From IMG/VR virus record IMGVR_UViG_3300037512_000782, positions 188,732 through 252,731 of that record: DNA of 64,000 bases. One strand, 5' to 3'. The notes under the pieces were generated by a model that was given only the letters and a program-made list of their open reading frames with translations, was not told where the DNA came from and did no database searches. Below are positions 1-9,465 of this stretch, piece by piece (the stretch's first letter is position 1; each line of letters begins with the position of its first letter). A program made the translations under genes and the position numbers. This DNA comes from a virus. Its lineage: Duplodnaviria; Heunggongvirae; Uroviricota; Caudoviricetes.

Positions 1-90
1 CTCTGGCGGAATCTCCTCTGATGAAGAAGGGAGTTCCGTACGAGCCAGTAAGAAAGAAAAAGAAATCTAAAAAGAAAAAGGAAAAGAACA

Positions 91-483
91 ATGACTAAAG
101 CAGAAGAATTCAAGCAGAAGGCTGCTAACGCTCGCAGCAAGGCCCCGGCAGTCCTCAAGTACGAGGCTTTGCTGGAAGAGATCGATACGGCGGCCAAGGC
201 TGGTATGGTGGCTCTCCCGCAGACGAAGTTCACCGTCGAAGGTCTGAAGTACACCAGAGGCGGCTTCGGCTGCCTTGACTATCAAGCTCTCTACGACGAC
301 CAAGAAGCTGTCTATGACCTTCTCCGCAAGGACGGCTTTGACGTGCGTGAATCGGATCCGGACGTGCCGTCGACCCTCGACATCAATCTGACTCAGGAAG
401 CTCGCCAGAAGATCGAACTGACTAAGATGATGATCGAGAAGGAAGTTCTCATCATCTGGGACACCGAAGAGTTTGACAAGTAA
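91..483 (+). CDS. hypothetical protein
   Basis: Intact ATG ORF of 130 aa, followed by hairpin terminator 508-540. No recognisable motif. Confidence 0.55.
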   Translation: MTKAEEFKQKAANARSKAPAVLKYEALLEEIDTAAKAGMVALPQTKFTVEGLKYTRGGFGCLDYQALYDDQEAVYDLLRKDGFDVRESDPDVPSTLDINLTQEARQKIELTKMMIEKEVLIIWDTEEFDK

Positions 484-507
484 TTGTAAGTAAACTTTTA
501 CACAAAA

Positions 508-540
508 ATCCAGCAAAAACGCTGGATTTTCATGTTTTTG
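508..540 (+). terminator. intrinsic terminator
   Basis: Hairpin ATCCAGC-aaaaac-GCTGGAT, then TTTTCATGTTTTT. Confidence 0.6.
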
Positions 541-630
541 CTCCAACTGTCAGATTATGACATTCGATTTAAACTATATTTCTCTTTACAAAAACGAAGT
601 CAATTACTATAATTATCCTAGAGGTACATA

Positions 631-2853
631 ATGAATACTATCACATCTTCTTACAAGATCTCGCAGGGCTTCTGCGTAAACGAATACGAACTAAAGGACA
701 CCGACGTCAAGGACGAAGTCAAGGTTCGCGAACCCATCAACCACGTCTTCTGCTGCGACATTTCTGGCAGTATGTGGCGTAGTCTTCCCAAGATGCGTGA
801 ACAGTTGAAGAACCGTCTCTCGTCCATCGTCGAAGAAAACGATACAATTTCCATCATCGTCTTCGCAGACCCGGAAGACTGCGTGGTCGTCAAGGAACAT
901 GTACACTGCAACAACGCACGTGAACTTTCCGAACTCCACAAGGCTATCGACCGTTTCTTGGTCGATCAGGGCTGCACCGACTTCTATACGCCGCTTGAAC
1001 TTACTCGTAAGCTCATCCGTCCGAAGGAACGCTACAACTTCGTGTTCTTGTCCGACGGCTACCACAACTGCTGCAGCTACGACAAGGTCATCGACTCTCT
1101 CAACAAGCTTGCTCCGGAAATCGCCCAGTGTACAGTGATCGAATACGGCTACAACGCTGACAGTGACCGTCTTTCTCAGATGGCCGAAATCCTCGGCGGT
1201 TCCAAGATTCCGTCTGCCGACTTTGACGAATACGTGCCGATCATGGAAAACGTGTTCAAGGGCGGTGCGGTCGCACCCAAGGTCAAGGTGTTCGTCACTG
1301 CCGACGTCAAGAACTTGATCAAGCCGATCGTCATCTTCATGAACGAAGGTACGAGCCAGGTGACTTCTGTCGTTGTTGAAGACGACGGCTACGCACTTCT
1401 TCCGACTTCCGTCAAGAAGTTCTGGACGGTGACTCGCAAGAACAGTGCGGCAACTATCAGCCAGAAGCCGATCGACATTGACGGTTTCTACGCTGTCGCC
1501 TACATCCTTGCAGACAAGCTTGAATACGACCTCGTCGAAGACTTGCTCTACTACATCGGCGACAAGAAGTTCATCAGCCAGTATCAGTCTTCCTTCGGTA
1601 AGCAGAAGTTGTTCGTGTTCCAGAACGACATTGCCGCTGCCGTGTTCGACAAGACGCTTCGCGGTGAAATCGATCCGTCCTACAAGGCTTCCGACGACCG
1701 CTATTGCGTGATCGACTTCTTCAACGAATTGTCGACCAACGAAGACAACCTCGTCCGTGTCGCTTCCGAAGACTTCAACTATAACCGCATCGGCGCAAAG
1801 TCCGTCGACAAGGTTGTCCTCACCGACGAAGAAAAGAAGGCTCTCGCCGAAGCCAAGTCTACAGCGGCTGCCGAAGCCATCCTCAACAAGGCCAAGGAAC
1901 GTCAGGTCAAGATGACCAAGATCGACAAGGGCTATCCGCTCGATTCCTTCGTCTGGAACGAAGACCGTGCAAACCTCGGCGGCCTCTTCAACATCGAAGT
2001 GGAACTCGAATTGCCGGAAAACAAGTTCGGTCTCACCAAGGTCAACTCCACCATCTTCCGCAATTATACCATCATCAAGGATGGTATAGTTAACATTCCG
2101 GTGCTTCCGTTGATCATCACCAAGGACACCCTCAATGCTATCAAGAAGCATGACGGCGTCGTGGTGACTATCCAGAAGGAACTCGACAACGGCATGACTC
2201 AGTGCTTGGTCGATATCTCCGCACTTCCGGTCATCAACAAGAAGAAGATCAAGGGCGCTAAGAAGGCCGAAATGACCAAGCTCGCCTTGAACCTCACCGA
2301 CAGCAAGTTCTGCTTGAAGTACCTCAAGTCCCTCGTGACCAAGGCTGCTCCGGCACCTCTCAGCGACGGTTACACGCCGGAACAGGCCGACTACCTTGCT
2401 TCCCTCGGCATCACTTCCAAGGGCTACAATCCGCCGAAGGAAGCTGTCAAGGACGGCGACTTCTACATGGCACCGACCATCAACTCCGCATTCAAGGGCT
2501 TCTCGTCCGAACCGAAGATCTCCGACGTTCTCGACAAGGTCAAGGGTGGCAAGAAGCTTACTCCGTCCGTGGAATACATGGCCGCCGTCATCAAGCGCGT
2601 GGACGAATACCTCGCCAAGAACTCTACCGACGCTAACCGTGAAGAAGTCATCAGCCAGATGATCGCTGACATGGAAGCCGACAAGAAGAACTTCGCTCGT
2701 CAGCTCGCACAGATGAAGTTCGCAATGTTGGTCAGCCGCAAGTGGTTCGAAGGTTCCACCAACTTCGACGACAACACGGATACGATCCATTCCCAGTACG
2801 GTCTGGACATGTTGATCGAATACCGATTCGTCGACAAGAAACAGAATCTTTAA
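631..2853 (+). CDS. von Willebrand factor A (vWA) domain protein, large
   Basis: N-terminal MIDAS motif DISGSMW (DxSGS), with downstream T and D residues typical of vWA. 740 aa. Antisense ORF 691-2790 judged spurious. Confidence 0.75.
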   Translation: MNTITSSYKISQGFCVNEYELKDTDVKDEVKVREPINHVFCCDISGSMWRSLPKMREQLKNRLSSIVEENDTISIIVFADPEDCVVVKEHVHCNNARELSELHKAIDRFLVDQGCTDFYTPLELTRKLIRPKERYNFVFLSDGYHNCCSYDKVIDSLNKLAPEIAQCTVIEYGYNADSDRLSQMAEILGGSKIPSADFDEYVPIMENVFKGGAVAPKVKVFVTADVKNLIKPIVIFMNEGTSQVTSVVVEDDGYALLPTSVKKFWTVTRKNSAATISQKPIDIDGFYAVAYILADKLEYDLVEDLLYYIGDKKFISQYQSSFGKQKLFVFQNDIAAAVFDKTLRGEIDPSYKASDDRYCVIDFFNELSTNEDNLVRVASEDFNYNRIGAKSVDKVVLTDEEKKALAEAKSTAAAEAILNKAKERQVKMTKIDKGYPLDSFVWNEDRANLGGLFNIEVELELPENKFGLTKVNSTIFRNYTIIKDGIVNIPVLPLIITKDTLNAIKKHDGVVVTIQKELDNGMTQCLVDISALPVINKKKIKGAKKAEMTKLALNLTDSKFCLKYLKSLVTKAAPAPLSDGYTPEQADYLASLGITSKGYNPPKEAVKDGDFYMAPTINSAFKGFSSEPKISDVLDKVKGGKKLTPSVEYMAAVIKRVDEYLAKNSTDANREEVISQMIADMEADKKNFARQLAQMKFAMLVSRKWFEGSTNFDDNTDTIHSQYGLDMLIEYRFVDKKQNL

Positions 2854-2879
2854 TACAACATATTCGGTTCAATCACAAT

Positions 2880-2916
2880 CAAGGGGTTCGGCTATTGCCG
2901 AGCCCCTTTCTTTTTG
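2880..2916 (+). terminator. intrinsic terminator after vWA gene
   Basis: AAGGGGTTCGGC-tatt-GCCGAGCCCCTT hairpin with T-rich tail. Confidence 0.55.
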
Positions 2917-2926
2917 CTATATTTGT
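2912..2926 (+). promoter_or_regulatory. host-like promoter box TTTTGCTATATTTG (Bacteroidetes-type -7 element TAnnTTTG)
   Basis: Ends 5 nt before ATG 2931, suggesting a leaderless mRNA. Related boxes at 6803-6815, 8058-8070, 16347-16360, 19977-19990, 26262-26276, 28099-28117, 32896-32913, 36487-36500, and on the minus strand at 41878-41893. Confidence 0.5.
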
Positions 2927-2930
2927 TGGC

Positions 2931-3938
2931 ATGAATGAAGACATGACTATCAAAGGTGGCCAGTACATGCCGTTTCGTTCGTCCGTAATCATGGACATGA
3001 ATGGCAATGTATCTGAAGTCCACAACATGAACGACTGGATCAAGGACACGAAGACTCGCGTCCTCAATATCACCCACGATGACTTGGACGGAGCAGTAGC
3101 TGGTATCGTTGTGCGCAACGTGTATCCGGCTTGCATCACTGTCCGTACGAACTACAGCGGTCAAGTGTATCGTGACGCCGTCGACGCTATCTCGAAGCCT
3201 GAGACCTATGACGCTATCATATTCAGCGACTTCAGCCCGGACGACAATATGATCGACGCCGTACACGCTGTACGCAAGCCGTACTTGGTAATCGACCATC
3301 ACCAGACCGCCATCGTGCGACCAGATGATCCGTATGGCGAATATTTCGTCAAGGAAGGCCGCTGTGGCGCTTTGCTGTGCTATGACTACTTCAAGGGCAT
3401 GGCTGACTTGGAAAAGCTCTACCAGCTGTGCGTGGTGACGAATGACCACGATCTGTGGCTGAGAAAGATGATTCCGATTTCGGACGATCTGAACACGCTT
3501 CTGTACGAATACGGCTACGAAGAATTTATGACAAAGTTCATGAACGGTCTTGAACCAGATGGTAGCCTTCCGGGCGACGCTCGTTCTATCCTCGCCAACC
3601 ACGAGCATGAGGTGGAAGAATACATAGCTACGTGCGTCCAGCACGAGCTTCCGTACAACGGCCACTACATCGAGTGCAACAAGTTCAATTCCGACATCAA
3701 CATGCGCATGACGCCGAAGTATGACTGGCTAGTCATGGCCGGAACCGACGGCGTAGATCCAGGAATGACAAAGCTGTCCTTCCGCACGAGGCGAAAGGAC
3801 ATCAATCTCGGTCAAGCTATTAAGGAATTTGGTCGAGGCGGCGGTGGCCATCCAGCCGCAGCTGGTCAAGTAATTCCTACTGCGGAACGTGATGAATTTA
3901 TCCAGCAGTTGGGCGACAAGCTGTTTGGGGGAAAATAA
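2931..3938 (+). CDS. DHH/DHHA1 family phosphoesterase (NrnA/RecJ-like)
   Basis: Motifs ITHDDLDGAVAG (DHH motif I), VIDHHQT (DHH) and GGGHPAAAG (DHHA1 GGGH). Start ATG 2931 chosen because the track ORF from 2742 overlaps the upstream gene. Host-like promoter box TTGCTATATTTG ends 5 nt before the ATG. Confidence 0.8.
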   Translation: MNEDMTIKGGQYMPFRSSVIMDMNGNVSEVHNMNDWIKDTKTRVLNITHDDLDGAVAGIVVRNVYPACITVRTNYSGQVYRDAVDAISKPETYDAIIFSDFSPDDNMIDAVHAVRKPYLVIDHHQTAIVRPDDPYGEYFVKEGRCGALLCYDYFKGMADLEKLYQLCVVTNDHDLWLRKMIPISDDLNTLLYEYGYEEFMTKFMNGLEPDGSLPGDARSILANHEHEVEEYIATCVQHELPYNGHYIECNKFNSDINMRMTPKYDWLVMAGTDGVDPGMTKLSFRTRRKDINLGQAIKEFGRGGGGHPAAAGQVIPTAERDEFIQQLGDKLFGGK

Positions 3939-3942
3939 GAAA

Positions 3943-3971
3943 AGCGGCTCGATTGAGCCGCCTTTTCGTTT
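3943..3971. terminator. bidirectional intrinsic terminator
   Basis: GCGGCTC-gatt-GAGCCGC followed by TTTTCGTTT, between convergent genes. Confidence 0.6.
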
Positions 3972-4428
3972 AGAATATCTCGGTTAAGTCTTCCGGATCG
4001 TCGAACAGCATGTCATCCTTCGATACGGTAATGTCAGACCAGTCATCGAAGTTAATTTCGTCCGCAGTCGGCTGCTTCGGTTGCTTTGTGGGGTTCGGCA
4101 GCGAATTCCTGAGAGTTTCGGTCTCCACATTCGCGGCGATATCGTCGACGAGTCCAGCATCTTCTGGAGCGACATTGACTTCTGGGCGAGCCGTCATTTC
4201 AGTCATTTCCATCAAACCGAACACGCCACGGATCGAGTTGATTTCGTCGCGTTCAGCTTGGGTGGCCGCTTGCGCTTCAAGCTGGGCGAGCGTGTCAACG
4301 AACGTGTTGTCGGAACCGAACTTGGCGACATAACGGCCACGGACGTTGTTGATGATGTCACGTTCGGCTTGTGTTGCTGAGACGGACTCCAGCATTGCGA
4401 GAGATTTCATGAAAGTCTGGTTGACCAT
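3970..4428 (-). CDS. hypothetical protein with internal repeat ATQAERD(I/E)IN
   Basis: 152-aa ORF, convergent with the DHH gene and sharing bidirectional terminator 3943-3971. Two copies of an ~12-aa repeat. Confidence 0.55.
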   Translation of the reverse strand: MVNQTFMKSLAMLESVSATQAERDIINNVRGRYVAKFGSDNTFVDTLAQLEAQAATQAERDEINSIRGVFGLMEMTEMTARPEVNVAPEDAGLVDDIAANVETETLRNSLPNPTKQPKQPTADEINFDDWSDITVSKDDMLFDDPEDLTEIF

Positions 4429-4512
4429 AGTATATCCTATTGATTCTGATTGCAGTTTATATAAAAATGCGTCACCGATTCCGGCGACGCATTGTGTATA
4501 TGGTATTTTAGA

Positions 4513-6747
4513 CTAGCGCTTTCTAACCTTAACGGCTGGTTTTGCTGGTTCGATCGGCTTCACGCCAGGAACGGTCTTTCCGAGATCGTCGAATGTCTTG
4601 ACGATGACATCGTTGATGCTGCCTTCGTACAAGTCGATTACGGATACGTTGTTCGTGTCATTGAAGGAAGTGACCATTTCGACACGGCTGAACTCGTCGT
4701 TCGGAACGTACACGACCTTCCAGCGAGACTTGCCCTTGAGATTTTCAGCAAGTACGTAGGAGTCGCCTTCTGCACCGAAGGTATAGAAGCCATTTGCCAG
4801 TTCGTATGCGACCTGGATAGGAACGTTGACTTGAGCCTTGTCTACATGCAAGATGTACTGGAGCTCGCCAGCGGCGTTCTTGGTGAACTTCGCCGGATCC
4901 AACGATTCGCCGTTGAAGTAGTCTTCAAGACGAGTGTCTTCACCCTTTGCGTGACGGACGTGCTGGGTCTTGAGGGCGTTCATGACCTTGGCGATGTCGG
5001 CAGCGTTTGCCTTGATCGTTTCGATCGTTGCGTTGATGGTGGCGTTGAGACCGCTGGCCTCGTCACTCAACTTGGCGATTGACGACAATGCGGAGGCGTC
5101 CTGTCCGTCAGTGTTTATGCTGGCGGATGCGGCGCTTGTGATGCTGCCGAGGATGTCGAGCTTCGCCTTGCGAAGAACTGCAAGCTGGGAATCAAGATTG
5201 GCCTTCATCATTTCGTTGGTCGTTTCGGAACGCTGCGCTTCGAGACTGGACATCTTTTCGCCCATGTAGGTGTTCAAGCGTCCCTTCACGTCGTCTTCAA
5301 TTTTCTTGGCCTTTTCGGCGTTTCCGAACGACTTCATACGGGCGGCTTGTTTGATGGCGTCACCGATGGTGATGTTGCCGTCATAAGTCTGTCCCATGAA
5401 CTCGTTGATGATATTGCTCTTTACGCCGCCTCTATCCTTGCTGAAGTTTTCCATGTCACGGCGAGCGGTTTCGGCAGCATACTGCTGATTCAACACGTTG
5501 GCGGACTTGTTCTGGTAGTTGGCTTGGTTGATTGCGCGTTCGAGAGTACTCAGGGCATCCTTGACGCCAGTAATCGGCTTGGCCGAGTTGCGAAGCTCGT
5601 TAAGGTTGTCCGTAGTGGCCTTGTATTCTTCACGCAATGCCCTTGCTTTCTTCAATGCGCCCATGTCGTTGTTGCGACCGATCAACGGCTTGAACTCACG
5701 CTGAATCTCATCGAGTTTACGCTGGAGTTCGTCGATGTGACGAGTGAAATCCGGCAACGATGCGGCAAGCGCTTTGGCGGTGTCGATCTTGAGCGATGCG
5801 ACATCTGGGCTCTTTTGCATCAAGTCGATATCCGTGAGAATTTCATTTGCGCGACGTGCGGCACCTCTCGGAAGAATGTGTCTGAACTTGAGGCTTTGGT
5901 TAATCTTTGTGCAGTAGTCATTGAGGTTGAGACGATCAGCGACATCGTTCATGTCGGTCGGCTCGTGCTCGGTTTCGAATTCGATTGGCCCAGTCGGCTC
6001 GACTTCTGGTTCTGCGGCGACAACTGGCTCTGCTGCGGTAGGTTCTTCCGCAACTGGAGCTTCGCCTATGCCCTTCGCTTGTTCGACATTGGTCACGACC
6101 TTTTGCAGAGTCTTGGCAAGTGCCGGGAGATTGTTCTTCACTTCTTTTAGCACGGATACATTGCGACGAACAGTGTTCACTTCTTTCAATGCATCCTTGA
6201 TGTTCGTAGAAAGCTCGTTGAGTTCTGGGTCGTTCACGCGAGCCTTGGAATTGGCCAAGGCATCTTGACGGCTATGGAAGTTGGCTCGCATGCTGTCCAA
6301 CGAATCAGCAAGTTCAGACAAGGACTGTTCTTGTGTAGCGATAGAGCTATCGAGTGCAGCAGATGTAGTACTCGGAGTAGAAAGCTGGCGCAAGGCTTCC
6401 AGTGAATCGGAAAGGTCGATATCGCCGAAGTCTGGACTGGACTTCAGTCTAACCAGCAGTTCATCGGCGTCGGCGACGTATTCGTTGAACTCGTTAGAAA
6501 ATTCCTCGTACGATGTCTTGGGGAACTGGCCGTTAAGCAAATTTCCTAGCTGCTCAACTGTGTAGTTGAAGTCTTGAACGTCTTGCGCGGAGTTGCTTGT
6601 ATCGGGAGCTTCCGTCGGCGCGGCAACGCCAGTTTCGGCCTCAAAAACGCATCTTGCGATGGTTTTTAGTGGGCTTGTGAGCGTTTTCAGCTCCTTGATG
6701 GATTCGAGGTAGGTATCGAAGGTCTTAAACCGTTCCTTAATGTTCAT
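4513..6747 (-). CDS. large coiled-coil protein (structural or scaffold-like), function unknown
   Basis: 744 aa with long heptad-like, Ala/Glu/Lys/Gln-rich segments and a PTAAEPVVAAEPEVEP linker. No catalytic motif seen. Confidence 0.65.
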   Translation of the reverse strand: MNIKERFKTFDTYLESIKELKTLTSPLKTIARCVFEAETGVAAPTEAPDTSNSAQDVQDFNYTVEQLGNLLNGQFPKTSYEEFSNEFNEYVADADELLVRLKSSPDFGDIDLSDSLEALRQLSTPSTTSAALDSSIATQEQSLSELADSLDSMRANFHSRQDALANSKARVNDPELNELSTNIKDALKEVNTVRRNVSVLKEVKNNLPALAKTLQKVVTNVEQAKGIGEAPVAEEPTAAEPVVAAEPEVEPTGPIEFETEHEPTDMNDVADRLNLNDYCTKINQSLKFRHILPRGAARRANEILTDIDLMQKSPDVASLKIDTAKALAASLPDFTRHIDELQRKLDEIQREFKPLIGRNNDMGALKKARALREEYKATTDNLNELRNSAKPITGVKDALSTLERAINQANYQNKSANVLNQQYAAETARRDMENFSKDRGGVKSNIINEFMGQTYDGNITIGDAIKQAARMKSFGNAEKAKKIEDDVKGRLNTYMGEKMSSLEAQRSETTNEMMKANLDSQLAVLRKAKLDILGSITSAASASINTDGQDASALSSIAKLSDEASGLNATINATIETIKANAADIAKVMNALKTQHVRHAKGEDTRLEDYFNGESLDPAKFTKNAAGELQYILHVDKAQVNVPIQVAYELANGFYTFGAEGDSYVLAENLKGKSRWKVVYVPNDEFSRVEMVTSFNDTNNVSVIDLYEGSINDVIVKTFDDLGKTVPGVKPIEPAKPAVKVRKR

Positions 6748-6819
6748 AACAGTTACCGTGATTGTTTGAATTCAGTTTATCACTTGTCGAGTTAACGGTT
6801 ATTTACTATATTGGGCGGT

Positions 6820-7134
6820 ATGAATAATAAGCCGCTTGATAGATTGGATGCGATTACGCTGCATGGCCTCATGAGAGCCATCATGTCGGCGCATTTTGAG
6901 GATGCCATGGACGCCAAGGCCAGTGTCACTGAAGGGTTCGGCTGGTCGCCGGATGACTCCAGGGCCAAGGCGCTTGAACAGTCCCTTTGTACATTGTTCC
7001 AGTGCGTCGATAAGTCGATGGCGAACGGAACGCTTACGCCGTTCAAGGGCGACTATATCAAGTGGCTGGAAGACTTGGGATTGATCTCTCCCAATACGAA
7101 GCAAGGTGTAGGAAATGCACAGCAAAAGCAGTGA
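6820..7134 (+). CDS. hypothetical protein
   Basis: The track ORF starts at TTG 6811; the first ATG is 6820. Box TTACTATATTGGG ends ~5 nt upstream, suggesting a leaderless transcript. Confidence 0.5.
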   Translation: MNNKPLDRLDAITLHGLMRAIMSAHFEDAMDAKASVTEGFGWSPDDSRAKALEQSLCTLFQCVDKSMANGTLTPFKGDYIKWLEDLGLISPNTKQGVGNAQQKQ

Positions 7135-7447
7135 TTTGATGAAGCGCGAGCTTGCCGAAGCCGCTAAGTCGGTGACTGAAATGTCTGCGACTATGGCTCG
7201 TGTCAAGGCGTGTAAGGCGATGTATGTACTTGATTCTACCGTCCGTACAGTAGTGGACGGCCAGACGGTTGTTAAGCGCATGACGACGTACCATCCGACG
7301 AAGAAAGCGGCGTTCATCCGAATGTCAGAACAGTATCGAGAAGTTACCGGGAACGCGCTCACTGGGCGTGACGACTTTGTACGGTTCGAGACGGATGACC
7401 AGTCGGTGGTCGCAATGTTCGAGATTTACAAGCCAGCGGTAGGGTAA
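7115..7447 (+). CDS. hypothetical protein
   Basis: 110-aa ORF that overlaps its neighbours slightly (translational coupling). Confidence 0.5.
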   Translation: MHSKSSDLMKRELAEAAKSVTEMSATMARVKACKAMYVLDSTVRTVVDGQTVVKRMTTYHPTKKAAFIRMSEQYREVTGNALTGRDDFVRFETDDQSVVAMFEIYKPAVG

Positions 7448-7791
7448 TGGAAGAGCAACAGCAGCAGCCTCTGCCGAAGTTCACTGTGGACAACATGTTG
7501 TACCAGATGTGTGTCAGCAGTGCATGGAGAGAGGAATTCGACGTGAAGTCGGCCACATATACGGAATACTGGCCGAACGGCGAGATCCGTATGCGCCAAT
7601 TCGAGACTGTCGATATCCCTATGGATACCGAGCTTACCTTGATGGAAAAGTATTCCGCGCTCGAACTGATCCAGAAATATTTTGATAATGATGAAGTTGT
7701 CATATCCGCAATGAACAATCACAACATGTTTGCGACCCGTAAAGACGGCGATAAAGTGATTGTGCTCGGATGGAATGACCGAAGTAGGTAA
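7447..7791 (+). CDS. hypothetical protein
   Basis: 114 aa, start overlaps the previous stop (TAATG). Confidence 0.5.
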   Translation: MEEQQQQPLPKFTVDNMLYQMCVSSAWREEFDVKSATYTEYWPNGEIRMRQFETVDIPMDTELTLMEKYSALELIQKYFDNDEVVISAMNNHNMFATRKDGDKVIVLGWNDRSR

Positions 7792-7793
7792 TT

Positions 7794-8057
7794 ATGGCTA
7801 AGGCACCAGAAATTCGCAGTTCTATTGTTTTCGATGAAGTAAATGCTACGTTAAACCGTGTTCAGCTAGTGATGAACAATAGCGATGACCCAGTCGAAGT
7901 GTTTGTAGCTGCCCAAGTGAGTAATGTATTGAGCAATGTTATTGCCGACGTAGGAATGCTGTTGATGAATCCGTCGCTCGACGCGACTGCGGAACAGTTC
8001 GTGAAGGCGCTCAAAAAGCAGAATTCTGAAGAAAATCCCTTGCCAGAGGACAGGTGA
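7794..8057 (+). CDS. hypothetical protein
   Basis: 87-aa ORF, tightly packed with the upstream gene. Confidence 0.45.
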   Translation: MAKAPEIRSSIVFDEVNATLNRVQLVMNNSDDPVEVFVAAQVSNVLSNVIADVGMLLMNPSLDATAEQFVKALKKQNSEENPLPEDR

Positions 8058-8107
8058 TTTGCTATATTGCATAGCACATCAAAATGAACATCTAACAAGG
8101 AAATCTT

Positions 8108-8272
8108 ATGGCTGAAAAACTTTCTAAAATCGGTAAAAACTCTGTTGTCGCACTTGCTATCGTCGGCGCGATTTCTGTTGTGCTTACGATCGTCCGCGTG
8201 GTCGTGGCTCGCAAGAACGAACCGCAACTCAAGGCAGAACTTGATACGGCAAATGGCGACGCTCAGGAATAG
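8108..8272 (+). CDS. small single-pass membrane protein (54 aa)
   Basis: Not in the ORF track (<60 aa). ATG 8108 is preceded by AAGGAAATCTT and by promoter box TTTGCTATATTGC at 8058-8070. The product is MAEKLSKIGKNSVVALAIVGAISVVLTIVRVVVARKNEPQLK..., with a clear TM helix. Stem-loop terminator 8299-8330 lies downstream. Confidence 0.45.
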   Translation: MAEKLSKIGKNSVVALAIVGAISVVLTIVRVVVARKNEPQLKAELDTANGDAQE

Positions 8273-8298
8273 CCTAGTTGAATGTGTGTCCTGTGGGG

Positions 8299-8330
8299 CG
8301 GCGGTCTCTGACCGCCGTTCTTTTGTTTTG
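8299..8330 (+). terminator. intrinsic terminator
   Basis: CGGCGGTC-tct-GACCGCCG followed by TTCTTTTGTTTTG. Confidence 0.65.
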
Positions 8331-8383
8331 TCGGTTGTAAAATTTCATAAACGGTGTACAAATCACTAAATAATTGCTATATT

Positions 8384-8626
8384 ATGAGTGTGGCTGACGA
8401 AAGTATCATAAAAACGATAGATAATGAAGTTGAAAAACTTACAAAAAGCATCCAAGAGGGGCAACCCTTGCACATGCGCGACGAGCGCATGGCTCCGGAT
8501 GACGGCTACGGGAACTACATCACAATAGTCGAAGCTCAAGTTACCGACGCGATACAGTATGAAAAGAAGGCGGCGGTCGCTTCGCTCAATGCTTTAAAAC
8601 GAACCCTACTGGATAATGGAATATGA
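8384..8626 (+). CDS. hypothetical protein
   Basis: Track ORF starts at GTG 8354; the first ATG is 8384. The start is uncertain because a TATATT box overlaps it. Confidence 0.4.
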   Translation: MSVADESIIKTIDNEVEKLTKSIQEGQPLHMRDERMAPDDGYGNYITIVEAQVTDAIQYEKKAAVASLNALKRTLLDNGI

Positions 8627-8913
8627 CTGAAACTGAAGAAATACTTTCGTTTACGGACAAGCCGTTCAGCGGATTACTACGATATCTGCTGTCGCACGGC
8701 TACAAGTCTAACGGCGGCCAGACCGACCGCGCACACAATTTGAACAAAGTCGTGTTTCTAGCCCACAACAAGAGTAAGCACCTCAAGGTGACTGTATGGC
8801 ACATGTGGCTTACTCCAGATTCATTTGGAATCTCGTCACCGGGCTTAATAACGGATATCGACGTAAAGGATCTCGAACCAAAGGAAGATTTGACAAATGT
8901 TCGGACTAATTGA
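8623..8913 (+). CDS. hypothetical protein
   Basis: 96 aa, 4-nt overlap with the upstream gene. Confidence 0.5.
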   Translation: MTETEEILSFTDKPFSGLLRYLLSHGYKSNGGQTDRAHNLNKVVFLAHNKSKHLKVTVWHMWLTPDSFGISSPGLITDIDVKDLEPKEDLTNVRTN

Positions 8914-9157
8914 CGACTTGTGGGACAAGTATCGCGACGACGTCGCGTCAATCGCTGGAAATATTGGCATCGGAAGCGATACGCCTAACGACAAGCTTAC
9001 CATCTTGTTTATCGCATCGAAGTGCGGCATTATCGAGATCGACGGCGACGACGCCAAGTATGTCGATGACATGATGAAGAAGAACGCGACGACTGGCCAC
9101 ATCGAGGGCAGCGTGAAGTCCGTATTTGATGACCCCGATTTTAAGGCACTATTCTAA
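8897..9157 (+). CDS. hypothetical protein
   Basis: 86-aa acidic ORF. Confidence 0.45.
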   Translation: MFGLIDDLWDKYRDDVASIAGNIGIGSDTPNDKLTILFIASKCGIIEIDGDDAKYVDDMMKKNATTGHIEGSVKSVFDDPDFKALF

Positions 9158-9441
9158 TGCACGTGAAGTACGAACCGACAAAGGATGTTGTTCAAGCCGT
9201 CGAAGGCGTGACGCCGCAAGCGGAGCTTGAACTGCATGTATTTACCGACAACAAGGACGAAACATTCGACGAGGCCATGCTTCGTGCGTTGCGCTCTATG
9301 CAGCTGCAGCTGAAGGCGAGCGGAGTGTCCGATCAGATGATCGACAATACGGTGAAGGCTGCGGTTCCTATGTTGGCCGTGCTTATACGACAGATAAAGA
9401 AGAAAACAGCAAGCTACCGAGAAACTAATTTCCCACACTAA
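9157..9441 (+). CDS. hypothetical protein
   Basis: 94-aa ORF coupled to the upstream gene. Confidence 0.45.
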   Translation: MHVKYEPTKDVVQAVEGVTPQAELELHVFTDNKDETFDEAMLRALRSMQLQLKASGVSDQMIDNTVKAAVPMLAVLIRQIKKKTASYRETNFPH

Positions 9442-9465
9442 CAACAATCCCAGGACACCACACAC

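Noticed and set aside
691-2790. 699-aa antisense ORF opposite the vWA gene
   Set aside because: It overlaps a sense-strand gene whose product has a clear vWA MIDAS motif. Long antisense ORFs are expected from the third-position GC bias. No start context or motif.
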